From Octopus vulgaris (taxonomy: Eukaryota): a stretch of 64,000 nucleotides of DNA. Each line of letters starts with the position of its first letter. The first letter of the stretch is position 1. The stretch lies in contig OX597825.1 in the NCBI GenBank assembly GCA_951406725.2, forward strand, positions 55,924,001 through 55,988,000. The letters run 5' to 3'. A model generated the notes under the pieces. That model worked only from the letters and a program-made list of their open reading frames with translations. It ran no database searches and was not told the DNA's origin. Positions 51,331 to 64,000 of this stretch are shown here, piece by piece. A program made the position numbers and the translations under genes.

Positions 51331-51576
51331 AGAGTGGGGCAGGGTATTTTTGGTGCCTTGGTTAGTAATGCGTATTTTCGGTGGTGTTTCCTCCGAATCA
51401 TTCCAAATGACCATTTTTTTCTTTTGGAGAATTATTTCGTTTTTGCGAGTTGACTTTTATATTTCTATATCTTTTTTGCTGACTTCTTTTTCCACAAATT
51501 TTTGTGTTGCATGTGTGCTTGCATCCATGTCATTTCCTGAATGTCTTGGGATTTTGTGGCTAATAACAGAAATGTG

Positions 51577-51625
<49 letters not shown>

Positions 51626-51626
<1 letters not shown>

Positions 51627-51839
51627 GCGGTGATCTGGCAGAATCGTTAGCACGCCGGGAGAAAAGAGTTTAGCGGCATTTCGCTCGTCTTTACGTTCTG
51701 AGTTCAAATTGCACCGAGGTCGACTTTATATTTCATCCTTTCGGAGTCGATAAATTAAGTAACAATGAAACACTAGGTTCGATGTAATTGACTAGTCCAT
51801 TCCCACAAAATTTCAAACCATGTGTCTACAGTAGAAAGG

Positions 51840-51898
<59 letters not shown>

Positions 51899-52088
51899 GC
51901 CGGAGAGTTGGCAGAATGGCTACCGCGCCGGGGAAAATGCTAAGCAGTATTTTTATCCTGCCAGAGTTGATTTTATCTTTCATCCTTTCGGGGTCGATAA
52001 AATAAGTACCAGTTGAGCTATGGGTTTGACGTTGTCGACTTGCTCCTGCCCCTGAACTTGCTAGCGTTGTACCAGAATTTGAAACCAT
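51626..52088 (+). mobile_element. Two SINE B copies, each preceded by a (TTA)n array
   Basis: Heads at 51626 and 51898 directly follow TTA runs. Confidence 0.88.
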
Positions 52089-52099
52089 TCTTACCGTTA

Positions 52100-52490
52100 T
52101 TGACTGCGAGAGCAATGTATGTCACCAATGTAACACTGGGGTACAAAATACGAACCCATGATAACTACCCATCTGATAAGTTACACCGGGTATATGCATC
52201 ACAACCATTTGTGCGCGACATGGTGAGCTCACATCATGATAAACAGCGCATGACCTTGCTGGTGGAGCCAAGCTAGAATTTTCTTTAAGTCGAGTAACCC
52301 ATCCCGCTCAAAAGGTCGCTAAATAAAGTCTGTTTAAGAATGATGAACGAAACCCCCATGTTTCCAGAGGTGAATTATTCAAACCCCAAAGAATCTCTCT
52401 CAGCACATGGCTATGATGCTCCCCCACTACTTCTCGTGATCAGAGATGCACATATCGCCAGCAAATAAGAGACATAGTATTGAGCAGAAT
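52100..52490 (-). mobile_element. Second copy of the (AAT)-tailed retroposon seen at 19720-20223
   Basis: Colinear homology with 19720-20160. Confidence 0.8.
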
Positions 52491-52503
52491 AGTAGCAGTG
52501 CCC

Positions 52504-52549
<46 letters not shown>

Positions 52550-53511
52550 TTGCTATTGTTGTTTATATTATAGTAATTGTTATTAACATCACTGAACGTT
52601 TTTTTTTTTTTTAGCTAAAACCACTCTGTTGCAAGTATCCAGGTCGGGTCTGCAGTGTGGAGATAACTTCCTGTTTTCTTCCCATCAGTCCCATTGAATA
52701 AAGACTCATGCTTATTGCTGCTCCTCCTATCACCTACTTGAGGAAAAAGGTAAAAATAAAATTACATTCGTTAGAAAAATTGTCATTGGATATGAAAGTA
52801 TTTTTCCCACTCTCATGACCTGCTTCCTGATCTCTGCCTCATTGAAAGTGAAAATTTGAAAGGAAACATAATCTAATGTAGACAATAAAGATGTCGTGTT
52901 GATTATATAAGAAACCTGCTGTCCTCTGGCATCTACAAATACACAGACAGAGAAATAAGAGCTAACCGATCTGACATTGTCATTAGAGAGTAAAAAGCGT
53001 TTTAGAATGTACATCGCTGATAGAAGAATCACGTCTAACCGACAAAATAGCAACAACAATCGCAGCAACAACGTCAATAACAGCAATAACAATAACTGGA
53101 AGAAGAAGAACAACAACAGAAGCAACAATAACTAGAAGTCAGTGAAAGCAATTGTTGAATTCAGTAGTTACAAAGACCATGGAAATGGAAAAATCGTGAA
53201 AATGTGGAGTGTGGACAAAAGAACGTTTCTGATTATTATAGAACATGTAAATGAAGCTAAACGTGAATCCATATATAAAAGGAAAGTTTCCAATAGTGTG
53301 TTGTTGCTGCCATTGCAGTGAAATGCACGCATATTTGCAGAATACAATCAATAACGTTGCAATATAACAACAATGCAGGTAACACCAGAAACCATGTCTA
53401 CTTAAGGGTTACAGATATCTACGTCAGACTAACAACAACAACAACATAGAGAAGTGAAGGAGGTGGAAAAGAAATAGAAAAGAAACAAGGAAAATTGTAA
53501 TAATAATAATG

Positions 53512-53587
<76 letters not shown>

Positions 53588-53721
53588 TACGGAGAAAATA
53601 TGAGAATGAAGAAGCAGAAAGTGAAAAAATATTTATATTAATCCCTTATTAGTCACAAGGGCCCATATATACTATACAGTACACGTGATGTAAGCACATA
53701 AGTATATATATATATGTAAAT

Positions 53722-53772
<51 letters not shown>

Positions 53773-53899
53773 CCTATATATATATATATATATATATACT
53801 CGCACTCACGCATATGCATATATAAATACATAAATATAAATGTATGTATATGTATGTATGTATGAATGTATGTATATGTATTTCAACGTGTGGAACCGT

Positions 53900-54090
53900 T
53901 AAACCCGACAAATTATTTCTCTCTCGGTTTTTTTTTCTGTCTCTCTCCATTTTTTTCTTTTCCTTTTCATCCCTTTCTGTCGGAGAGCGTAGGCTAGAAA
54001 CATCAAAGACTTTTCCATTTTTCCCGAGCATCAAACTAATACACATGCTTGTTTTTCTCTTACCTGCCTCTATCTTTTGTTTTCTATACA
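53900..54090 (+). mobile_element. Second copy of the hammerhead-like-motif repeat (motif at 53973-54008)
   Basis: cttt-CTGTCGG-a-gagc-gtag-gcta-GAAA-c-ATC-aaag, followed by ..gagc..aactaatacacatgcttgttt as at 21600-21640. Confidence 0.55.
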
Positions 54091-55289
54091 TATGAACCGC
54101 GCCTGTGTGTGTGTGCAGGTATGAATGTATGTATAAATACAGCAGCAGAGGAAAAAAACCTACAAACCTACTAAAATGTATTGAAACAAGTTTAAAACTT
54201 CAGTACCCAAATAAATGGAAATCCTCTCACAAAAGAGTGAGAAGTAGCCTCCTCTGTTTGTCTAAGACACCTCAACACTAATCCCGTTCCACTCTAATCG
54301 CTTTTTACAATGTGATATTCCTAAATTTGCTCGTCAGCCTCTTCGCTTTTTGTCAAATCCAGAGAGCTCCTAAATACTTTTGGCAGCTCAACTTTGGCCG
54401 CCGGTGATATTCAAACGGTGTGGTTTATTTCCCCATTTTTTGCATAATTGTGTTCCATATATTCTTCCCAAACACTTACTTATTCAAAACAGTATCTCTA
54501 CTGTCCTCCTCCTTCATAGTCTTCATTAGCTCCACCGTGTTCTCTTTAATGTTCAAGAAATTCAGAAAGACTATCCAATTTTGGTGAGATTTTCATTATT
54601 ATCTTTTGTCAGAATTCATAAATAGTTTTACCCTTCTTACTTCTCTGTAAGACTCTGATACTTAATCTATATACTTATATATTATTGTTGTATATAACTA
54701 AAATAGTCAAAGCTTGTCGTCGACCTAAACGAATTTGGATTGATATTATTTGAGATATATATAGAAATATATTTCGATAGTTGTAGATTCTATTCACTTA
54801 ATTATCTTGTCCACTATAATTTTTTATTTATTTCTAATTGTTATACAGTTGAAAAGTTAACGCTCACGCTACTAAACATAGGCATTTCAATTAATTTTTT
54901 TGCAAACCAGCCATCCTTTAACATGGAATTTCGTCTGTCTTTTTAACTAAAGCGCTGAAGTGACTTACATAAATGGATATGACTTGTTTATAAATCAAAT
55001 ACTGTAGATATAAGTCGAAACAAATTGTTGGGTTTTGGGGTTTTTAAAAAAAAATTATATTTTGTTATATCGTATGATATTCATAGGATATTATTTTATA
55101 AAATAAATAAATTATTTGATTGTCAATCGAGTATTTCTATTTAGTTTCTTGTGTGTAATATGCATTACACACCTATTTATATGGTATTCAACTGACTCAC
55201 CAGTTAATTGGCTGTTTTACACACCTCTTTGAAGGAATTTCTTTCCTTAGTTTGTTACTTCTTATGTATATATATATGCTCCGCTGGGC

Positions 55290-55600
55290 TGAGACCCCCT
55301 TCGGTCATGACTGACCATGGCATTGCACCTTGAAAGCTACCCTCTCAGGCACAAGTCCGGACAAGGTTGTTTTTATGGAAGGCCAGCAGTCGCCCATGGA
55401 TATCGGCCTCCCCTCTCCAGGCCACCAGTGTTATCCAATGGAAAGGCAAAGACCGATACAGCTTGGCACCTGTGACGTCGCAACTCATTTCTACAGCTGA
55501 GTGAACTGGAGCAACGTGAAATAAAGTGTCCTGCTCAAGAACACAACAAGCAGCCCGGTCCAGGATTCGAACTCACAACTTCACGATCGTAAGCTCGACG
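55290..55600 (-). mobile_element. SINE family C, tail variant 1
   Basis: Reverse complement of 16145-16478 (gagacccccttcggtcatgac ... ggattcgaactcacaac). Confidence 0.9.
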
Positions 55601-56078
55601 TTATGAATTTGCGCAGGACAATTCAGAACGCCACGGATTCCAACGAGGCGAGTTCGCTTTTCATACGGTGATGCATGGTGAGGAGAGTGAAAGCAGTAGC
55701 CAGAACTCGAAATCATGATCTAGGTATATCCGCTTCTTCATTCTACAGCTTTGAGTTATGATGATTTTGATAACATTTTCTTGCTTGCCTGATTTCCGTT
55801 GATCCGTTATGAATTTCAGTGAAATTCGGTGGTTTACTTGAGGATTTAGCTCCTCTTTCTAGCAAGTAGGTGCCTCGTATGCCCTCTATTGTAATTAAAG
55901 TTGATTATAATCATAAATGTTTATTCTATAGCAATTTAACGCTATTATTGCTTGCTATCACCTATATTTTTGTTATTATTATCACTTATCTAAATTTACT
56001 GCTGATAGTAATAGCAGTACAAATATCTATATAAATATTCAAACGAATATATATACATACATATACATATACATATAA

Positions 56079-56145
<67 letters not shown>

Positions 56146-57628
56146 TGTGTGTGTGTGTATGTGTGTGTGTGTATACATACATACCTCTGATGATCCAGAC
56201 TGAAACTGCAAAGGCAAATGTCTCCAGCCAGTCATTGCCAGAAAGCCACACCAATTTAGCCTCGCGTATTTTAACATTTTCGGCTATTTACCCAAGCCTA
56301 TCTCAACATTCTCATCCACCTTCCATACAACTGATCGGGGTAAGCTATCTAGATAATTTTTCTTCATCACATAACTACGCAGTAAGTCCACCAACTCAAT
56401 TTCTAAACTCCCTTTTTACGCAGAGTTTTAAGTCTTCAACCGAGAGTCGGAGTAGACTCTCAAGGTAGATGTATAATATCGTAGAAGAAATTTCTCCAGT
56501 TTGTCTTTCGTGGTAAACAGTTCGGCAAAGTAGGGTTAAAACTGCACAATTATATTTATGAAATCGGAGTGCAGTCTTTCGAGGATTCAAGTGTTGCTTT
56601 GTTGCCCGTCTGATGGCCGGTGTCATTGAACAATTTCCTATTCCTTGTAAACCAGACCACGAGTCAACTTATAAACAAAATAACAATTTTAACGATATCT
56701 AACATAAGTCAAGACAAAGGAAAAAGAAAAACCGCAATTTTATGAATCAGTATTTATCGATCCAAATCTTAGATGAAACCTAAAAGAATGAAAGAGAAAT
56801 TTAAACATTCCTGGGTTTCACCTACAATCCTAAAGGGATGTAAATGGATGCCACAAGCACCTCCATACTTCCATTGCTCCACAGAGTGTGTAAGATAACT
56901 CGAATGCTAAATATTAGGGTATTATGTGTAGGTATTCAATTACATTAACAATAAACCGCGTTTTGTATGAAGTTATGTTGGCATAGGCCATGATCCAGTA
57001 AACCAAACTACGCCAGGGAAATTTCTACATCAAAAGCTTTGTCAACGTAATCAAAGTACAGCGGGGAGAAGGGTTAGAAGCATTACAGACAACGTAATAA
57101 TACAAAATTACAAAATATGCACCCAATCTAGATGCTGTTTTAAGTAGAGAAAAATCATACACTACGAACGGCAAACATCATTTTATCTTAAAGTTTGGAA
57201 AAGCTCACAATTTGTTAAAATACATAAATTTGTAAATCCTTAGGGTAGAGCACTTTGACATATTTTAATTTATTAATAAGAACCGAATTTAATTCCATTT
57301 GCATTCAATACTATGGTTTTAAAAATTTTTCTTTAAATTTTTAAAATTCAAATCATACCATAATATATGATAAAAAAGAAATATGACAGCAAAGACTCGA
57401 CGTGTGAGTTTGTATTAACGGCATTGAGATGTACTTGTGACCCCCACACTGAAATGTCAGCTGCCGAGGCCATTAGACGGCCTCATCATTGAGCTATAAT
57501 CCAGACGGCGATATACGTATCAGTAGTGGGTCAACTGAAAAATCGACGAGGCCAATCCAAATGCAAAATAATTTCTAGTAGATTTTGAGACATTATCTAG
57601 AATATCTTTTAAAACCCACTGTAGCACA

Positions 57629-57712
<84 letters not shown>

Positions 57713-57835
57713 TAGGGTCGAGAAAACACGTGATGTCGGAATTCTCTATGCGACACAGTATTTATGGCACGTGTCTTTTACTATAGCCCCAGACCGACAA
57801 ATACCTCGTAAGTAAATTTGGTAGACAGAAACTGA

Positions 57836-58253
57836 AGGCAGCAAGCTGGCAGAAACGTTGGCACGCCGGGCGAAATGCTTACCAGTATTTCGTCTGCCGC
57901 TACGTTCTGAGTTCAAATTCCGTCGAGGTCAACTTTGCCTTTTATCCTTTTGGGGTCGATTAAATAAGTACCAGTTACGCACTGGCGTCGAAATAATCGA
58001 CTTAATCCGTTTGTCTGTCCTTATTTGTCCTCTCTGTGTTTAGCCCCTTGTGGGTAGTAAAGAAATAGGTATTTCGTCTGCTGTTACCTTCTGAGATCAA
58101 ATTCCGCCGAGGTTGACATTGCCTTTCATCCTTTCGGGGTCGATAAATTAAGTACCAGTTACACCTTGGGGTCGATGTAATCGACTTAACCTCTTTGTTT
58201 GTCCTTGTTTGTCTCCTCTATGTTTAGCCCCTTGTGAGCAATAAAGAAATAAG
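57836..58253 (+). mobile_element. SINE family B dimer (184-bp unit)
   Basis: Junction gtaaagaaata|ggtatttcgtctg at 58068. Confidence 0.9.
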
Positions 58254-58459
58254 AAATTGTGGAACCCGCTATATGTATATGTGCATAAATATGTGTCTTA
58301 TTATTCGTGTTTGCTTCTCAACGGTTTCCGTATATTATTAGTATTTGCAATAACAAAATCAATGAGCATAGTGGAAAGTGTATATATGGCACATTGCAGC
58401 TGAAACATGGAGCCGCTAGTTTGCAAAGGACAGCTAGCATCGAAGAGCTTTTTTTTTAT

Positions 58460-58674
58460 CGTTTACATGTTTCAGTCATTAGACAGCGGTCATCCTGGGG
58501 CACAACCTTGAAGAATTTTTAGGCAAATGGAACGACACCATACTTATTTTGAGCCGGGTACTTATTGGTCCTTAGCCGAACAGATAAGTTACGGGGACGT
58601 AAAAAAATCACTACCGGTTGTCAAGTGGCAGTAGGGGACAAACACAGCACAAAGACATAAGCACACGCACAAAC

Positions 58675-58706
<32 letters not shown>

Positions 58707-58940
58707 GCACGCACACACACATACACGCACGCACACGCACACACACACACGCGCACACACACAAATATACACACAAATATGACATGCTTCTTTCAGTATC
58801 CGACTGCCAAATCCGTCCACAAGTCTATCGGCCCGAGGCTATAGAAGAAGGCACTTGCCCAACGTGCAACGCAGTGGGACTAACACCGGAGCCATGAAGT
58901 TGGGAAGGCAACATCTTGCTAAACAGCCACGCCTGCGACT
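58460..58940 (-). mobile_element. SINE family A copy
   Basis: Tail tgtttcagtcatt.., internal CA run, head ..gcagtgggact..acagccacgcctgcg. Confidence 0.85.
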
Positions 58941-59613
58941 ATGCTGTATATATTTTAGGGAAATGTCAATTCAGGTGATGGTGGATCAGAGATCAGTTTT
59001 GTCAACAACCTTTTAAATGACCCCAAATATTGGCAAATACTTCAAAAAGGTCTATTTTCCTATAGTTCCAAGAAAATACAGTCTCATTCCTTACAAGCAA
59101 TACACAATATCAATCTGGAAACCAACTCAAAGAATCAAACATTTGAAAGGGGTCAAGTAAATCCCTGATCTATATTCTGTAGAATATTTACGGGAAAAAT
59201 TCGGTAGAAGGCTGCAAACAAGATCGGTGAAAATCCCACCAGTCCCATTGCGTGGCATCTTGGGCAGGTGTCTTCTACAAGAGCGTGGAGCCGCCCAAGG
59301 CCTTGGCAGTGGATTTGGCAGACGGAAGCTGAAAGGAGCATGTATGTTTATATATATATATATATATATATAAATTTATATACATAATTTACTATATATT
59401 GAACATCATACGCAATTGTATGGACGCAGTATTTGAGTACGAATATATGATTGGTTTTCTATCTACACTCACTGACGCACAGAAGCACACACACATGCAA
59501 CGCAGTCACGCTTATATACATAGATATATATATGCAGCCATATGTGTGTGTGTATGTGTGAATGTATGTGTGTGTTTGTGTCCTTTACATACGCTTCCTA
59601 ATCAAAACTCCTG

Positions 59614-59700
<87 letters not shown>

Positions 59701-61774
59701 TATATATATATACATGCACATAGGTATACATTTATATATGAATGCACATTTATTATGTCCACACTCACATACACAGGCACATGTGCACGCGCAGACATCA
59801 CATGAACTCCTAGACACAAATATTAATAATATAAATCAATATTGTGTGGATATACACTTATAGAAACACATGGAGATCCCCGTAGACGTATGCACAAATA
59901 CTATATATATATATATATATATACATAGATTCTACATACAGATTCATACATACATACATACATAAATACATAAACGTATGTATACATACCCATATACTTA
60001 TATATACATACATAAATTCACATACACATAGTATGAAATGTTTTCGATATTCTAATATGGTACACATTCAAATTCTACCTTTGGCAATTCTTTAACCAGC
60101 ACAGAATCGATAGAATCACGTGACTGTTCGGTATCGTTGGATCAGAAATTATTGGCAGATTGAGGCGGTATTCATAGAAAGCTGGAGGTTATTAAAGGGA
60201 CGTTTACATATTAATTATATAAAGGGGTAGACACATTGCAAACCACGGCCTACGTGATTTATTCTTTAGTGTCTAGTTTAATATATGATTTTGTATAATG
60301 TCTCTCCTCACACACTCTATGTTAATCCACCTGTAGTCTCCAACTAAAACCACAGTTTAAGTTAAAAGAAAAACCAGTTTTCCATTATATTTATGTCATC
60401 ACACCATTTGTATCCAGCAGCGGATAGGGGCTATGTCGTTTAAGTAAGATAATGAACACCTCACTTGACACATTTCACCTAGTTGTTAAGTAGATATCAC
60501 CGGGATTTCATTTTGACTATCAAACGATTACGATATTTCATATGACCTCTCTTCTATTTCATGAACCAAAATGTTAGAATTTGTCCATCACCCAGAACTC
60601 TAAATTCAAGAAATGTTCCATTCTACCTTGCCCTAACATACGTGCCAAGATGGTAGGGCTTTTCTTTTTGTGTTTAAATAAAGTATAATATTAAACTTCA
60701 TTTACATTATATTATCTGGCACCAAGTACAGTAGTCCGTTCGAAATCAAGAAACTTTCAGGACAAAGAAATGTTTCCAGGCTACCAAGCCTTATAGTACG
60801 TACCATCACAAACTCGTTTAAAATCTGTGGTTCTACAGCTGTAGTCTACAATTGGCTGGGGTGTGAAGCAACGAAATGCCTCCTCGTTCACCTAGATCTA
60901 AACTAAAAAATGACTTACTATGGATGACAGGGCGATACTTTTGTAAAATCGACGAGTGGTTTGTTTGCTTGCAATCTAATTGCTGGAACCTTCAGAGAGT
61001 GTTATGGTTACGGTTAAAGTTAAAGTTAGGTGGAGCGGTAATATAAGTAACAAAAACAGAGGCCTTGATTTCAGCTTTTTCTATTTCAAATTGAGGGTGA
61101 ACACATGAAATATTTAAAATTCCTGTAATTAAGGTGATTGCACAAAGTTAGCATTTATGATGGTTTCGTCATTGGATAAATATATATATATATATATATA
61201 TATAAATGTATATACATAATTTACTATATATTGAACATCATACGCAATTGCATGGACGCAGTATTTGAGTACGAATATATATACTACGAGCTTCTTCTGG
61301 TTTCCGTCAACCAAATCCGTTGGTCGACTCGAGGATGTAGTAGAAGACACTTGCTTCAGTGGGCCTGAACCTGGAACCATTTTGTTGAGAAGCAAGCTTC
61401 TTACCACACAGCCATATGTATGTGTGCATGTATGTAGGTATGTATGTGTATATGTGTGTATGTATAAGTATTTGTGGGTGTATGTATTATGTATGTCTGT
61501 ATATGTATATCCATGTATGTATGTAAAACATTGGAACGTCCCTTTTACTAACAATATAACACAGTGAGTTGGAGCAGAATTGATATTGTCTTCTGGATAT
61601 GAAATTCTTATATCCAAGATATTTACAGATCCTCCGTGAGATCAATCAAATACGATGCTGCTAATATATGTGAGCATGTGTGCATACATATATACATATA
61701 TATGACACACACACACACGCACACACACACACACATACACACACACACACACACATATATACACACACACAAAC

Positions 61775-61980
61775 ATGGGCCCAGTTTCCCGGATTCTATG
61801 GCGTATGCGTACCCTAGCTGGACGGGACGCCAGTCCATCGCAGCGTTACTCATTTTTGCCAGCTGAGTGGACGTGAAACGAAGTGCTTTGTTCAGGAACT
61901 CAACGCGTCGCCCGGACCAGGAATCGAAACCACAATCTTACGACCATGGTGCTGATACCCTAACCACTAAGTCACGCCCC

Positions 61981-61983
<3 letters not shown>
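61775..61983 (-). mobile_element. SINE family C, short tail variant 3
   Basis: tRNA-like head plus core plus tail ctgcgatggactggcgtcccgtccagc on the minus strand. Confidence 0.85.
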
Positions 61984-62014
<31 letters not shown>

Positions 62015-62913
62015 GCATGTATGTATACATATATATATAAATGTGTGTGTATATATATATATGTATGAATATATATATGTGTGTATGTGTGTGTATATAT
62101 ATATATGTATGAATATATGTGTGTGTATGTGTGTGTATATATATGTATATATATATATGTATGTATATATATATATATGTATATATATGTGTGAGTGTAT
62201 TTGTGTGTATATATATCATTATATTAGATATAAATAGAGAGAGGGAGAGATGGGGGAGAGTGAGAGAGACAGACAGAAGAGTAGAGAGTCAGAGGGAGAG
62301 GAAGAGAAAGAATTATGCTATTAAACATGTACATTTATACATGTATACATACATTAATATATATATATATGTACAAGAAATATATAATGTGTGTGTGTAC
62401 ATATATGCATGCATATATACATCTATATACTGTATATACACTGACAATGTTGAACCCTTCAGTTAAGATATATTAGAGAATACTGTTATGCATTTAGTAG
62501 AGTATCGTTGTGAAATTTGTGTGAGAGAGAGAGATAGAGAGAATAAAAGAAACAAAGTGAGAGAGCGAGAGACAGAGATAGAGACATATGTATAGAACAT
62601 TTTACATCCGGGTACGGTTATAATATTCCTATTTAAAATACACGTATACGTTTTTAATTTTGTTCGATTTTTTGATAGTAATGAATACCATAAAATATGA
62701 AAATGTTACAACGTATATCAAGAACGTGACCATTTCAGCCCGCCAGATTTTTTTCTTTCGCCTTTTATGTCGTTTTTTTTTATATATCATGGTGTATATT
62801 TTATTTTGGTGCTTCCCTTATTTATTTTATTTTATTTCATTTGCAATGTCTTTCAATTTCTGAATTGCATTAGATTTTAGCTATGGAAGCAGCAGTTAAT
62901 GTACGTTAGTTGG

Positions 62914-63005
<92 letters not shown>

Positions 63006-63086
63006 AACACATATATATAAATATAAAATATATATATATATATGTATATATATATGTGTGTGTGCGTATATATACTTATATACGGA

Positions 63087-63137
<51 letters not shown>

Positions 63138-63168
63138 GTATAGTATATATATATATATATATATATAT

Positions 63169-63230
<62 letters not shown>

Positions 63231-63289
63231 GAGAGAAAGAAGGAGAGGGAGAGAGAAAGAAAGAAATAGATACATAGATAGGGAAACAG

Positions 63290-63418
<129 letters not shown>

Positions 63419-63750
63419 TGTAGGTAGATAAAAAGTTAGATAAAAGTTTAGATGGAAAGATTATAAAGGTATACAAATTAGATATTCAGTGATGTTTTCG
63501 ATCAGCTGTCTCAGAACAGAAACCTGCTGGGTGCTTCATATCTATACTTTGAATTGTTCAAATCTATTCTATTATCTTCATCTTTATTTGGTGTGTTTAC
63601 GTCTGTTTATGTATTTAAAATATAATTTTGCGCTTACTTCTTCTTTTTTTGTTTTTGTAATTCATTTTACTCCTTCTTAATCCATTCCTAATCTTTCGGA
63701 GAAAGATGCGGATGCATGCGGAAAATTTCAAGTTTCCTTTCCATATAAAC

Positions 63751-63752
<2 letters not shown>

Positions 63753-63781
<29 letters not shown>

Positions 63782-64000
63782 TGTATGTATGTATGTATGT
63801 ATGTATGTATGTATGTATGTATGTATGTATGTATGTATGTATGTATGTATGTGTGTACGTATGTATGTATGTAAGTATGTATGTAAGTATGTATGCATGT
63901 ATGTATGTATGTATTATGTATGTATGTATGTATGTATGTATGTATTTATGTATGTATGCATGTATGTATGTATGTATGTACGTATGTACATATGTATGTA
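63753..64000. repeat. (TATG)n tetranucleotide microsatellite
   Basis: Directly visible. Others at 34066-34226 and 31490-31570. Confidence 0.98.

Noticed and set aside
54180-54580. Possible further LINE remnant on the minus strand (LRCLRQTEEATSHSFV)
   Set aside because: Too degraded to assign without a search.
56184-56216. cct-CTGATGA-tccagact-GAAA-ctgcaa-agg hammerhead-like string
   Set aside because: No stem II pairing and no NUH triplet; at best a dead relic.
57455-57492. Hairpin gaggcc/ggcctc with TGATGA on the minus strand, and similar partial motifs at ~21145-21245(-), ~40285-40327 and ~45270-45302
   Set aside because: Core nucleotides (C3, GAAA or the cleavage triplet) are missing, so these cannot be called ribozymes.

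Overview
Eukaryotic, AT-rich, essentially non-coding DNA (intron or intergenic) packed with microsatellites and transposon remnants. The SINE sequences and the extreme (TA)n/(CA)n/(AGAT)n/(TAA)n density resemble a coleoid cephalopod (Octopus) genome; this is recognition from memory, not a database result. I find no intact host gene, and almost all ORFs in the track are microsatellite read-throughs. The window contains three abundant tRNA-derived SINE families (called A, B, C here) and three R4/Dong-clade (RLE endonuclease) LINE fragments, two of them sitting inside (TAA)n arrays. It also holds Tx1/L1-type ORF1 and ORF2 remnants, an RTE remnant, a mariner, two DD37D/maT transposase fossils and Helentron/Helitron-type non-autonomous elements. 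Several Penelope-like fragments carry hammerhead-ribozyme motifs, including a recurring CUGUNG(A) core variant. The most notable extras are these hammerheads, SINE-B multimers with an identical 184-bp unit and junction at three loci, and five local templated duplications or inversions (three next to (TA)n runs, one inside a SINE). There is also a possible minus-strand exon with a cystine-knot-like HxxCxC end and a few promoter-like motif islands.
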